64,000 nt of DNA. Source: Sphagnum compactum. Its lineage: Eukaryota. Positions within the stretch are counted from its first letter, which is position 1, and each line of letters opens with the position of its first letter. A program made the position numbers and the translations under genes. Below are positions 1 through 13,760 of the stretch, in pieces. The notes under the pieces are model-generated. The model did no database searches. It was not told the origin of the DNA and was given only the letters and a program-made list of their open reading frames with translations. Location of the stretch: contig OZ234493.1 in the NCBI GenBank assembly GCA_965153455.1, forward strand, positions 20,264,213 to 20,328,212. The letters are read 5' to 3'.

Positions 1-259
1 TTTTCGCCTGATCAATATCCTGAAGCTGCTTTTTGAGGGCTTGGGGGCATTTGGTGCACTTCTTGACTCCACAAGCCACCTGACCCAAGAAGTGGCCCCG
101 GATTCTTGTGGCACCCCCCCAAAACACGAGCTCACAGTGCCCACACTTGACTTGAAAGTTCCCCCCCGCTTTCTCAGGTTCCTGGAGGATGGTGACCTCG
201 GTCCACTCGGGTCCTTTCTCCTTCCCCATTCCAAAGGTCGCCTTGCTCGATTGTAGCAT
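1..259 (-). CDS. N-terminus of hAT-family transposase (BED zinc finger), runs off the window
   Basis: Minus-strand ATG at 259, open to base 1 (not in the ORF track because its stop lies outside): MLQSSKATFGMGKEKGPEWTEVTILQEPEKAGGNFQVKCGHCELVFWGGATRIRGHFLGQVACGVKKCTKCPQALKKQLQDIDQAK. The W..V...CxxC...GG..R...H....C pattern matches zf-BED of plant hAT (DUF659-type) transposases. Confidence 0.8.
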   Translation of the reverse strand, partial: MLQSSKATFGMGKEKGPEWTEVTILQEPEKAGGNFQVKCGHCELVFWGGATRIRGHFLGQVACGVKKCTKCPQALKKQLQDIDQAK

Positions 260-692
260 GAAAGAAAGTTGAAGTTATTACTTAGTATCAGATCCAGACT
301 TGCAAGTTGCAACAGTCTGATTCCGAATGCTGTCAGTGTCATGGCTGAGCCATCCGAGTCATGGCCAATCAAAAGATTTATCCGCGAAACCTTTTGATCC
401 TAGACCGTCCATATTTGGCGCGGTTCCGAAATGAGCACCGTGAATATCAGGCGTCGATAGGTGATCTTGTTGCTGCAGAAATCGTCGATTTTGACGGCGA
501 AAATGTAACTAGGTTGTTAACTACTGTAGAGTCTAGCAGACTGCAGTTTTTGCGGCCCGGTAATGGTTCTTTGCATAACCTTTACCACTCTGCGTATTTT
601 GGGCCGTATTTTTAAAAAAGCCCAAAAAAACGTATAATACACGTATGTTTGAATCGAATTGAGCGTATGTCACTACTATGAAAAAAACCTTG
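1..692 (-). mobile_element. hAT DNA transposon, 5' end
   Basis: BED ORF, plus minus-strand terminus CAAGGTTTTTTTCATAGTAG starting at 692 and clustered CGTAT subterminal motifs at ~592-668. The other terminus is outside the window. Confidence 0.65.
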
Positions 693-3149
693 GAGTGCTT
701 TACATATAAGAGAGGGCCTGCTCCCAAGGGCCTCCCCTAATTTGAGTGTTGTAACCTCCAGGGTGATAGCTGTGGGTGTAGGCCCCAAAAATTAGGAGAG
801 GCCTGCAGGAGCACACCTGCCCCGCCAAAAAGAATGAATGGCGAAAGCTCTGCATGTGATGAGTGGGGGGGGGGGGGGAGGTGCTCAGCACTCTGTCCCA
901 AGGGGATACACAGCAGTTTTCCGGGCAGGGCAGCAGGAAATCAGCCTCATTATCACCCAGCCAGGTAGTTGACAGTCTGTGCTCCCACCGGACCGTGTGG
1001 TTCGTAGTGAGGCTGCCCTGCCCGATGAACTGCCCAAGGGGAGGTTCACATACAAAGAAGAAAACCTGGACCCGCGTTACAGAATTTATGGAATTCCTTA
1101 GGGCCACAAAAACACTAGATACCTATACAACAAGGAATTTTGGATACAAGGAATCCAGGCAAAGTCCCTTTTTTGAAACAGGCAAAGTGGTGGATCTCCA
1201 CGTTTCAAAAAAGGCGAATTTGACGGAGGGCTGGCAGCCCTCCATTTTGAAACACTGCACTTTACGTCAATATTGAGTGCCACGTCCCTTACAAAAATTC
1301 GCTTTTGTTGTTGAATTGAGTTGCTTTTTTCCTGTTGCTTTTGGGTACGTTCTCTGCATTATATATCCACCAATCAGCATTGAGTTCTTTGCATTCCATT
1401 TGTCATCATTTGAAGAAGGAAGCGTTTGGACGCCATCCGATGGCCCCAGATTGGGCCACGTATTTCAAAGCGACGGTGATGTATGCTAGATTCTCTTAAA
1501 GGGCTCAAGCCTTTCCACGCTTCTCCTAATCATCCCCACCAGTCACGACTAACCCATCCACTCAAAGGGGTGGTCCAGAAATGTGAACTTTTACCCTTTA
1601 ACCTCTAGAGGGTCTGGCCACTGGGAGTCCACTATTTATTCTCTTTAGTATTGGGTAACAACCAATGGGGTTCATTGCTTGCTTGTGGATCCAACCATCT
1701 AAATCCTCATTGTTTTTCAACCTCCAACAACTCTTGTCAAAGGCCCCCAAATTGTCACTCACAAGAGATTCAAGCCCTTCACCATGACCCCTTCTTAGGG
1801 TCAAATTGCTCAAGATTTCCACTGCATCTGACCCACACATCAAACATTGTGAGGTCTAGCAAATGGTTTACAAAGTTCTGAACGATGTGGCAAAACCTCT
1901 CCCAAATGACCATTGCCTGATCGAGAATGATCCAGAAGAAGAATTCGGTCACTGACCAGCAATCGTCGATGGGCGATTCCACCCTACCTAGGGATCCGAT
2001 ATTTGCCGTGATTGCAGTCCTTAGTTCAATGGAACATTTTGCAGGAGGGTATTAATGTTGCCACATTACTACAAATTAATGTTGTAAAGTCTCAAGTGGA
2101 TAAATATATGTCAACTTAAGGTGGGTAGATGAACCTTAAACTATCAGTGTCCTAAAATGCACACCTATTTTTGCTTGTTAAATCGTTTGATGTGTTGCAT
2201 AAAACATTCTGATTAATAAACAATCATAATTATGCATGTTAATGACATATTTAGGGTTGAAGATGGGCCCACATACCAAACTGACTATAGCTATTTGGAT
2301 CAGAAGGTTAAAATGTGGGAAAAAGTGTTGATCGTTTGGGATTAGAAACTCAACTTATTTGTTAATTTAATGTTGTTACAAAATCTGATTTTTAATTTAT
2401 TTTCAAAATGACATTAGATGGTTTGCTTGAACTAATTAGTGATTTTCAAGGCACAATCAAATCAATCAAAACAGACATTCAGTCATGAATAAAGAGAATA
2501 CCTTACCATTCCAAGCACATTTATTCACTTTCCTACAAGCGCAATAAATGTTTATTTTTAAAAATCAGTGCATGTTTTATTAAGAACGATTGGTCACCAG
2601 TTTCTAAACCTTGATTAGTACATTTTTGACACATAATTAATTGAATTAAAGAATTGTTTGAAACACATAAAGGAACAACACTTGCCCAATTCAAATATAT
2701 TAGCTATCTTTCACATAACTGAGAAAAGACACATGTAGTTGCATCTAGAGTTGCAAGCTTCACAACTTGTTGATCGTGATCTAGCAATGTGCCACACATT
2801 GAACAAGTTACTTGCTACAAAATGGATAGCATGTCAAATTTTGAGTTTCCACTTGAAATCGAAGATGATGACATTGAAAATGAACATGTATCTTAGCAAA
2901 GTTCAAATAATGAACATGAACATGATGCTACATCTTGTGAACAATGGGCCCATGGCAAGGAAAACCCTCTTCTTATGACCTTCCAGCCTAATTAGATGCA
3001 ACCAAACAATCCATGCAACCAAACAATCCACCATACAAGTAGCGAACAAACGATCTGCACAACAAGATTCAAGCGCATATTTTTGCCAAAATTCACAAGC
3101 ATCAAATGAGCATGCACCATACTGCGAGTCAACCAAATTGCACACACAA

Positions 3150-5480
3150 AAACAAACTTTGAAGAAAGATGGCAATTGGTCTTATGTTAATTTACAACAT
3201 GTAATGGTGGCTATTAAAGACGAATTAAAACTAACTTATGTAACATGATTATGGGGGGTGCTTGTTACATCCTTAAAGAATCACTTATATGGCACGACAA
3301 TGATTAAGTGCACAAGAAAGGTAAGGGTTTTTGACAATGCAGAAAAAATTGCATTTGTAAATTATGTTTAAAAATGCAAAGGATAGGGCGTCCCATCACT
3401 TTGATGTTGTTGTAACTAAAGGTAGCAAAAATCACATAAGAAAAGTTGTCTCCTTTCAAAAATGGAATCCCAAGTTGGGGTTGGTTGCGATGGTTCAAGA
3501 AACATAACCTAGACCTTTCATTGTGTGTAGCTCAAGGCCTTAAAGTTGGACGTGCAAAAGGAATGTGCCTTAAACCAATGTTGCAACATTTTACAACATG
3601 TAGCATGCTTATAGATCACAACTATGATGCAAGTAGGATATGGAATTGCAATGAGAGTACAATGCATATGTTGGTCATAATGGTGGTGTGCTTGTCACCA
3701 AGGATGGATTCCAATTAGTGCATTCCATCACTCCAAATGAAAGGTCATGGTTGTCAATACAACATCACACTATGAGAAAATGGGGTGATTTGCAACTAGC
3801 CTTGCAACCCTAAACATACCTACCAACCTACATGACATACCTATTTACCTATTTAAGTAGATAGGTTAAAAAATAGGACTTACTACTTACTTACCTAGGT
3901 AGGCAAGTAAATAGGAAAGTAAAAGGATAGGTAAGAAGGTAGAAGGGTAGGTGAAATAAAGAATTGCCATGTAAATATTTTTATTTTATTTTATGTTTTG
4001 TTTTGAAGGTTAAATTTTTTTGAGTTCATCTCAAATTGACACATATATTTTAATGTGAACACACAAGAAAAGACACCTTCTTTATTTAGTTTGTGAGATG
4101 ACATTCAAAAACAAAACTTATGGGCTAAATCTTTTAATTGCACATTAGTTGCAAATTGGGCTGCAACTAGGAAAAGGTTTCCCACATTCTTTGTGTTTAT
4201 TTTTATTTTTTTAATAGTAAAATTAATTAATTAAATATTGATAATTATATATGTGAAATAATAACCTGAAATAATAATTTTATTTTTCTGAATTAATAAG
4301 TTTAATTCAAATAATTAGTTAGTTAATTATCAAATAATAAAAGATCTGAATTTAGATAAAATTTGGATAAATAATCATATGGATTCCCAAAATACATTAT
4401 TTGGAATTATCATTTCAATCAATTATCAGAACTAATTATCAGAATTAATTATTTGAAGTTAATATTTCTATGAATCAGTTAATTTTTTAAATTACTTAGT
4501 TACTTAATTAAATCAATTGTCTGAATTAAATTGTCTATAATTAAATTAATTTTTTGAATTAAGTTGATTTTCAGATTAACTATTAAATATTAATTAACAT
4601 GTAATAGTTAATAAGTCATTGAAAAGTAGTTCATTGTTAAATATTTAAAATTAAATATGATTTTTTCTAGTTATTTTGACATTTGAACATTAGTCACAAA
4701 ATAGTGGAAAAATAATACTTCTATAGTGGCAATGTACTTGCACAACTAGTTGAATCAATGAGATCATAATTGACAACTAAGTACAAGTGTCATATCAAGT
4801 GATATTGACATTTTATCAAGTCCATGAACATGGCATTTATTACTTGATGGCATAAATACAACTCCTTGATTTTTAAACATGGCATTTTATTTATTAATTG
4901 TCTATATTTTCATGCTTTAGTGTAGTGTAGTTGTAGTATTAGTTGTTTTGGAGTTCTAATTACAAGGCAATGTGGTTCAAATGGACATTATTTCTCATAA
5001 TGTACATCAAGCTATGTGAGAATGACTTTACAATGGCTATGCAACTGTGTGCATGGATGACTACATGTTTGTATTCCACATGGATTTGTCACTTCATTGT
5101 AGCAATACAATGACGCAAAGGCAACATGTTTCCAAAAAAAACACTTACTTATTCTTAATGCCACAACTCCATCTCATGGTCAATATTGTCCAAACAACAT
5201 GGAGAGTGTAATTGGACTTGATCACTTTGCCATCACATACACTTCACACATTGTAACCATTAGATGTTTATTGTTTCAAGCCATTGAAGACCACATTTTG
5301 GGCATACATAGATGTTTGGACATTAGCAAACAAGGGGAGAATTATGAAGAAAGAAGATTTGACACAATGGGTTTCATTGGCGTTGAAAAAAACTCTTACA
5401 CCATACAACATGTGAAAGGGATTCAAAAGAATCGAAATATAGCCATTGAACCCCAACGCAATGCAAGGTAAAATGAATCC
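3150..5480 (+). pseudogene. Decayed pogo/Fot1-like (DDE_1) transposase, interrupted by an insertion
   Basis: ORF 3446-3718 has PFKNGIPSWGWLRWFKKH...RA...RIWNCNES (CENP-B-type HTH into first catalytic motif). 5030-5300 gives MAMQ.CAWMTT and LDLITLPSHT...PLDVYCFKPLK across frameshifts and stops. Confidence 0.75.
3768..4927. mobile_element. AT-rich non-autonomous insertion with CACTA...TAGTG-like ends inside the pogo remnant
   Basis: Separates the two transposase halves. CACTATGAGAAAA at 3768 and TAGTG at ~4918-4927; (TAGG/CCTA)-rich tract 3815-3955. No clean TSD. Confidence 0.35.
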
Positions 5481-8400
5481 ATCTGAAAATTTCAATAATG
5501 TAAAAAAACCAACTAGCATAGAAATTTTGATTGATGACTTGCAACTACAAGATATTATGGGAATAACTATGGCCAATGACTAGCAAGCTATATGTCATTA
5601 TGTCTCTTCCCCTTTTAAACTTGTGATGTAATAGTTATACTAACTCAAAGAAATTATAACCTTTTTATAACCAATTATCATTATTGATTTGGCTAATCCT
5701 CAGTTTGCCAAGAGATTGGATATCTATGCATGCCAACATATTATAAATTGACTTGTAATTTATTAGTAGGTTGGGTGTGCACACTAAGGTGGCTTATTTT
5801 TTGAATCATGATGCCAATTTTGCAAAATGCCCTTTCTTCGGACACCTTTAACAAATAATAAAACTTATCAAATTAAGAATTTAAAATTGATTATACATAA
5901 ACAACTTGATTATCAAAATATTTATGTAATTATTTTTCAATGAAAGTGCACTCAATTTTCACAATGAATTTTTGAAATACAAAAACATGGACTGGTCGAC
6001 AACTAGACTGGTAGAAAATAGAAATGTTCATATTCAATTCCATTCCAAATTATGTGTAATGACTTAATTGATATATGATGTAACATCAAATAATAAAATT
6101 TTATATGAAAGTCCTCCTTCAAAAATCATAGTCACAATCTAATTTGGGACTTTTGAATAGTCAAAATTGAGCCATTTTTTCATAAGTCCCTAACATAGTT
6201 GTTTTTTCTCAAATTTCAAATTTCTTTTTTTAAAGGTGTATATATTTAGAATATATAAGTGGGCTTCTATTAATATGAACTTTATTACCATTGAACCCAT
6301 GATACTAGAAAATATAGAATTTTAACATTGTAGAATGGACTTTTGTGGACTTTTTTAAAAAAATAAAATGAGCCACCTTAAAGTACATACACCCAATTTT
6401 ACTACATGTCAATTTACTAGTCATTACATACTAAATTGCATTTCAACTTCTTATAGGTTTCCTCTCCCTTGTCTTGCTTACTTATTTTTCCATCTATATG
6501 CACTTAGGTAATATAATTACTTGACAAATTCTAAACTCTTGAAGTCTTCAATACCCATAAAATAATATGTTACAATTAATGATGTGAAAAATCATGTCAT
6601 GACATTTTTTGTTTGTACTTGAATGAAAGTGAATGGGAAGTTTTAATTATTCACTTGTAACAAGCTACATGTGATGAGACACAACATTTGAATAGGAGGT
6701 GAATGAGAAAGTGCCAATTGTTCAATTGTTTTAAACTACACCCTAATCACTTCACATCACAAACACAATATCCAATGATTCCCTCTTGTCAAAATATGTG
6801 GCAAGTGACATCGTCATTTGTGATCTCCATCTTTGACCAAAAAATCAAAATTTTCCAAAATTGAGAAGGAGCCAACCTTCCAAGTTATTTTTATATTCAA
6901 TGTCCATGAATTTAAATTTTAAGAATGTATCATTTTCATGTTGAAAAGAACTTTAGAAAATTGGCTCATTTTGGGCTTTCAAAAGTCCATTATAATCCAA
7001 TTTGTGTTTGAAATGGCATGAAGATGTGTATTATGATTCACCACCATGTTTTTTAATTTTGGGTTGTTTATTGAGGACTTTTCATTTAGTAAGTCCATTT
7101 GCGTAATCTTTGTGTATTGTTACAAAGCTACGAAGGTAAAATAACAAAAGTTCTCCAAATGACATTTTAAATAATTTTGACAAAAATAAGTTTCCTAATG
7201 ATAATACATGTTCATAATCACCAAGTACAACTCCTTTTTAATAAATGCATACTCAACTTTCTTACATGAGCCTTTCATCTTGAGGGCTTGCAAAACAATT
7301 AAAATGTTACAAGATTTTATGGACATTGTAGTTTGCAACTACCTTGTCATGGGCATGAAAATTCTCACAACCTAAAATTCCTCACAATGCACAAGAACTA
7401 TGACAAACTATAACAAAAACATGCCTAAATTTAAGTCAAGATCATACAATACAATAAACCAAAACAAGGCTAAAAAATATGTAAGAAAAGTACATAAATG
7501 GAATTTTATTCAAAACATGGAATGATTATAAACATGAAATGAAAAAAATAACAAGGTTAAAACATAAGGTTGTACTTTATATTGGTATGGAACAAACTAA
7601 AAATAATGAAGGGAACTACCTCTATTTACAATTGTTTAGGGACCTAATTCAAAAAAGCTTCCATGAAAGCTTCTATGTGCCACATTACATGAACATTTTC
7701 CTATTTACACATTGTGGATGAAAAATGGATGGTGGTGGATAAACATTATCCATGAATGATGATGTTAGCAATGATGTCAACAACAATCTTCACAAAAAAT
7801 TACATGAACTGTCCTAATTGTATTATTCTAAATGCATTGCTAGGTGCTTAATGAACTATTATAAAATGTCCTATGTGACACCATTGATTTGTGATAAGTG
7901 GGTGTTTAAGTGGGTGTTTCAAAAAAGATTTGATAACTTTAATGTCTTATCAATTAACTTCTAGCCAAACTATGTTCATTGTTTTGAACTTCTCAAAGTC
8001 ATACACCAAAGTGATGACAAATTTGTTAAAGTTCTAAATAAATCTTTAATTGGAACTTTCAACTAAAAAATGATTATACATTTTAATCAAATATATTACA
8101 TCCTCCCCAAAATGAACTAAATTTCCTCTACATTTATTACACAAATACATCAACATGGACTTGTAATCATTATATTTTCTATAACACAAAATGGCAAGCA
8201 CATGTTTTGACATTAATGAACACCATGACACATGTCCTAAACATTTCAAACAAAAAAAAAAGACCTTTGAGAATTAATAGGTTTGCATTCAAAGATCCAA
8301 ATTAAATGGGAATGCTAGTTGAATTATATCTGTTCATAATTATGCCACCCCCCATGGATTGTTCAATCTTGATGGGGCCAATGGGGTTTTCAACATGTCC

Positions 8401-9493
8401 GGAGATTGCATGATAATAAATCCCATATATGGATTTAGCAACCCTAAAGGAGATTCTAGAATTAGAATGCAAAACCAATATTTATACTTAATCAACATCC
8501 ATCGAACATTGACACTAATATCAACAAAATCTAAAACATATAAATAGGTGGTGATTCAAATCAGTTAATCACATGAACACAATACCCAATCCAAATGGTT
8601 GCAATTCATACAATTCATCAATCACAAGGCTTGACTCTTGACTATTTGACGTTTGATCTCACTAGAATACACAATTATGTACTTACTTATACAATATTAT
8701 TTTGTATGTAAAAAATTACATTTACTCACACCATTGGCTGAAAAGTAAAATAAAAGTTGATAAGTGCATTTAAGATGAAATGCAATGTTTAAGAGTAATG
8801 GCCAAATTGCACTTTTTAAATTTTAACTTTTAAATATTTTTAAAAACACACACCATAATTCACTATTTGAAACTAAAAACACAAAATAATACCACCTATC
8901 CAAATAGGAATCCCTCAAAATATATAACTCTTCATGGAAGCAAAGAAACCATGTTATTATATGATAAAATTATGATAAAACATTCAAGTGAACACAAAAC
9001 CATATAAAGAGTAGAATTTATAATTAGCAACATTTAACATAAACGCATGTCATGCAAACCATATAATCACAATTTACAAACCCCCCACATTTATCTTTGA
9101 CATTTCTTGTGTTGACACTTCAACAACTAAGCTAATATCAATGTCCCCAATCTTATGTCCCACATTATCTTAGATGACTTAAATAATGTGTTCATGCTTT
9201 GAAAACCTATAGCCAAGAGACAATCCAATTGTAATGGAACTTAAATTTCATCAAAGTACTTCAATATACAACTCAGAACTTGATCGCATACGATCCAATA
9301 CCCCATTTGAACAATGTACATGAGAAATAACTCAGGCTTTTTGGACAAATCATTACCCAATTCATTCATTTCGCATTCAAACTACCTGACCATATCACAC
9401 AAATCCAACATTAAAGGGCAAAGCCATTGCTTGTTGACTGAAGTTAGGGGGTCATAATTTGGCCCTTTCCAGTAAATTTACATCGATTTGCCA

Positions 9494-10320
9494 GGATTGT
9501 GAGGACATGAATAGGATTGTGAGGACATGAATATGGGAATTTGTTGAAGAGGGAGGGATGTCAAGATGGGTCTGAAGGGAATACAAATCTTAGAACTTCA
9601 GAAAATGGGCAAAGTATTCCTGAGGGAATGTTGAAGAGAAATCAGGTTTCTCTCAGGAAGCACAACCAAGAATATGATGGACAAAAGAAATGCAGGGGTG
9701 GGAAGATGAAATAGGTATTATGTTGGAAGCAATTCAAGAGGACTTGATTGCTAAAGAAGCAGTCAAGAAAATATGAGCACATGTCAAGGTCTTTTGAGAA
9801 TCTCCAGAGAAGTTCGGTCTCGTACAGGAAGCTGTAGACTTAGATACCTGATTGTGAGGAAATCAGGGAAGCAAAAGAAGAAGGTAGCCTTTAAGAGAAA
9901 CAACCCCACATGGCAGAAGAAGAGGTTAAGAGCTTGACAGCACCTGTGGAGCTCACAAAAAAAGTTCTAAAGAGAGATAGATGTGTTTGTGGAGGAGAAT
10001 ATGCATGCAAAAGAGAAAAGGATTTGCCTCAAGAAGCTGGAGAAAAAAATTATGGTTTTTACAGGAAGCTCAAGGACCAGTCATGGTTGAAGATGTATTG
10101 AAAACTGACCTAAGAAAACTGATTCCTGAACGGTAGGCCATGCAGACCTTCAATGACAGACAAACCTTCAACCTTATGTTTCTTTTGATTATTAGTTGCA
10201 CCTTTTCAAGATGTTTCAGGTGATTCTCTCATTGCTTTGTTAAGGTTCTGTGCAAGGGACCTAAAATCTGCATAATCATCAAAACCAATTTGCCAAGCTT
10301 CTGTGAACATGGTGGCTTGA
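9494..10320 (+). pseudogene. Decayed Glu/Lys-rich exon(s) of unknown gene, convergent with OPT
   Basis: Purine-rich, coding-like text after an acceptor-like ttgccag at 9494 (e.g. EDEIGIMLEAIQEDLIAKEAVKK; MAEEEVKSLTAPVELTKK) with stops and frameshifts. Candidate donor GTAGG near 10133 and acceptor tttcag near 10219. Mirrored at ~59440-60252. Confidence 0.35.
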
Positions 10321-10629
10321 AATCAAATTCTTTAGAGTAAGAACAAGGGCTGGAGTGTGAAACGACACAGGAAACACTAAATGAAGTTGCATGCCTTAAG
10401 CCCTAATCATCAAAGTAAGAGAAAACTACACAAAAAAGTGGACCAAGTTGGTTTGCCCTGATGTTTAGGGATTAATCATGATTGACATGTTTTCAACCTA
10501 TTCATGAAGCAGAATACTTCAATGAATTCACTAGTTGGAAACTTTTATCAAGACTTGACCACTTACTAACCAAGTGGCATCCAAAAAAAAAAGCTCAACC
10601 TCCAGTAACTAGTTCAAAATTAGGCAAAA

Positions 10630-11300
10630 AGTTCACCTAAGAAATCTGAAGGTAATGGGTAGCATGTTCTTCATATTGTTTCATCCCAACTTTCTTTCGG
10701 GTAATGTCTTTGGCATTGGGTGAGATGGTTGTCCCTGAAGTCCAAAAGTCCACAATTTGTTGAACTTTAGTTTCACACAAACCATTCCTGTGTTTTTGGT
10801 TCCTCATGTTCACCCAAAATGCATCTCCACTGGTATCCAGAGAACATCGTTGTTCAATCATTTTTTTTATATTCCTACAATCCACACCAAGAACTCAAGC
10901 AACCTATCTACTACTACAAGTCTTAGCAGAAGCAAAAGTTGTTAGGGCACAAACAATATCCTTGGCCATGACAATGGGTGTGGTTTTTTGGCCATTCAAG
11001 TGGTTTGACAAGCTAAATTTGAGATTATCTACAATAACTTGGTTTCGATTTATTTTTCCTAGATCGCGCAAATATTCCAGGACACAATGTTTCAACAAAT
11101 AACTCCCCATAAACTTCTCAATAACTACACTTTGGAAAGATGATCTATAACCTTTTAAAAACTCATGAATGTGCATTGAAAGAATCCTTGTTAAGCTTGC
11201 ACTCTGCCTTTGCAATTGTTGACCATTGTAAGTTATATGTTGTGGACTTCTAGATTCCATTTGTGTACGAAAACTTGTTTCTGCTTTAATAGAACAAGCT
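10630..11300 (-). mobile_element. Decayed DNA-transposon-like ORF fragment (possibly Sola-type transposase N-terminus)
   Basis: Collinear ORFs 10904-11260 and 10637-10885 split by a stop. IVDFWTSGTTISPNAKDITRKKVGMKQYEEHATHYLQ resembles recalled TE-derived proteins; no catalytic region present. Confidence 0.35.
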
Positions 11301-13169
11301 TCTTCTTATGCACGTAATTTTGTTGTGCGGGTTTTAGCTTACTATTGCCACTTTCATTTGTAATCCCTCTTTTTCGTTCTTGGAGTACGCTCATCATTGC
11401 CTTCTAAGTCATCTCGCACTTGATTGTCATTCAGACAATCTAGCACAATTAACTCCGCTAACATCTATGTTAACGGCTATGTTAACTCGGCTATTATTGC
11501 AAGCACCTCAAGGTTGGCCTCATCTATGTTAACGTCTTCAGCTATTGCTACAGTCATTTCAAGATTGGCCTCATCTCCACTAATATCTTTTGTTGCCTCT
11601 GTTGCAATCACCTCACGGTTGGCTTCATTTCCAACAATGTTAATGTGTGACTTTGCCACTCCATAGTCATGTTGATTGAAGTTTGAATCTTGGTTCTCTA
11701 AGCCATCGTGATATCCAGGAGGAGGGTGCTAACAAGTTTTTTTCTTGTGGCTTTGTAAGTCGCTCATGAGCTTAAAGCAAAATGGGTTGCAAGATAAAAA
11801 CAAATGGCATAACAAAATTGCAAATCAAGTTAAGTTCAACAACTTGATCACCAAGATGCTTCAAAGCAGAAATAAGAACTTAAGTTGGAAAATCAAATCA
11901 CCACTTACTTAGAGGTGCATTGTGACAGTTGCTACCTCTATGCATAGATGTGCTAAAACATGAAGCAAACTTAATGTGATTTGAATGAACTATTAATTAC
12001 AAGTCCCTCAAATGAGTTCCATGTGTCTTGATTCCAACATATTCACAGTCCTTTAGCAATCTACTTCTTGACACACAAGACATATCAAGATGTAGGTTGC
12101 AAAAAGGTAGTGAAGATGCTATGATGTTGTAACAATGATCCCGATGCACAAAAAGATCTTCACACATGACGTTTGGTTCTAGTGTTGAGCAAAGCAAGTT
12201 GGAGTAGAAATGACAAGTTGTAGCTTCTATGCAAAATGACCTCCAACATGCATACAATCCCATTGCAATGTGGACCAAAATGTTGCACGGGAGCAAAGTG
12301 GCGGTTGGAGCAAAGTGTCAACTTGCAAAAGAAAGCATGGTGAGTAATGTCTGGATGAGCAATTCCATCAGCACCCGCTTGCAAGAAATGGAAAGAAACT
12401 CAAAATGGCGGTGACCATTCAATGTTAGTAGAAGGACACATCATTAATGTCGACTCATTAGCGGGACAAAGAAATTGAATCTTGAAGATCTCAAGACCCA
12501 CAGTTCATCCATTGTAATTGTTTACAACCCTAACTCACAAAAAAAGGCTATGTCATCCAACCTTTAACAAAGTCATCCATCTAGGGAACTACTGTCTACA
12601 TGTATGTTCATCCATCATCTTCATAGTTTAAGTTGGAAGTTATTTACAATAGATATAAATACAAATGGCTATAATCTTTATCAAATATCATGCATACATG
12701 CATGCATGCATGCATGCATTTTAGGACGTATAAATACATAACCTTTGTTAAATAAACACCTACAAATTTCACATTTTTGAATTAACGTAAGCACATTTGA
12801 ACCAAATATGCATGAATGCATCAAAAACAATGTTTTCACCAATTTCAACTCCTAGTAGTCTTCTAATCATGAACATCAAGGTGTTCAAAAAATTTGGGCA
12901 TGATTGATGCATCTTTGATAAGGAAAAATGATTTTAAAAAAAAAACTTGTCCACATGTTTTTTTGGAGTGTGTTAAACATGTAAAAGGACTCTTGAAAGA
13001 TAATGATTTTGTCTGAAATTTTTTTATTGAACTTTGTAAGTATATAAATTTTTTTCATAAAAAACTAAAATTTCAAGTTATGGTGTTCGCATGACAATTT
13101 TTCAAAGTTGCGACCTTGCAATTTTTAAGCACTGTCCTCACATTACGTGGCTCCTTATTTCATGTTTTC

Positions 13170-13760
13170 ACCCTTCGTGGAATTGAAGGCATAAAGTGCG
13201 ACTTGTGAGTTGATACAATGCTTCCCCACTCCAATGGGATGAACTACACCTAAAGGCTTGGTCATGGTTAAAAGGCAGGCCGCTCCAAGGACACGTGTAA
13301 TTTGGGGTGGAATGTGACCTTTTGTGATATGAAAACAAAGTTGGAACAATTGAGGGAATCCATTCGCTGAATCTTTAGGGTGAAAATAGTTTCGAACATG
13401 TTCAAAAACCATCCCAAAAAGACCACTTATCGATAAATGCAACATGTGTTAGAATGCCAACTTGAAAGAATCAGAAAAAAACTTAAGGTCTTGTTTTGGA
13501 TCGTAGTCTTGGAGGAAAAACATGAAATAACCATCTAATTTGAAGTGTAATGCATTGAGAACTGAGGTGGTGTCAAAAGACGTGGGTGCAAGAGAAAATG
13601 GTGCCAAAGCGCGAGTTGCCCAAAAGTATTCCCTTACATGCCCAAAGGTTAAACTACGAAGCAAATGTTTGTGAGTCAGAGGAAGATGTTGGGGAAAAGG
13701 GTTGTGCTCAAACTAGCAGACAAAACTTAGGCTTCCAAAAAAAACTCCTTTTGCAAGTTT
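13170..13760 (-). mobile_element. CRE-like non-LTR retrotransposon RT fragment
   Basis: SGLFGMVFEH...GHIPPQITRVLGAACLLTMTKPLGVVHPIGVG matches the RT entry motif (LLALxKPxGGVRPIAVGE) of CRE-type elements. Homologous to ~45970-46300. Confidence 0.65.
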
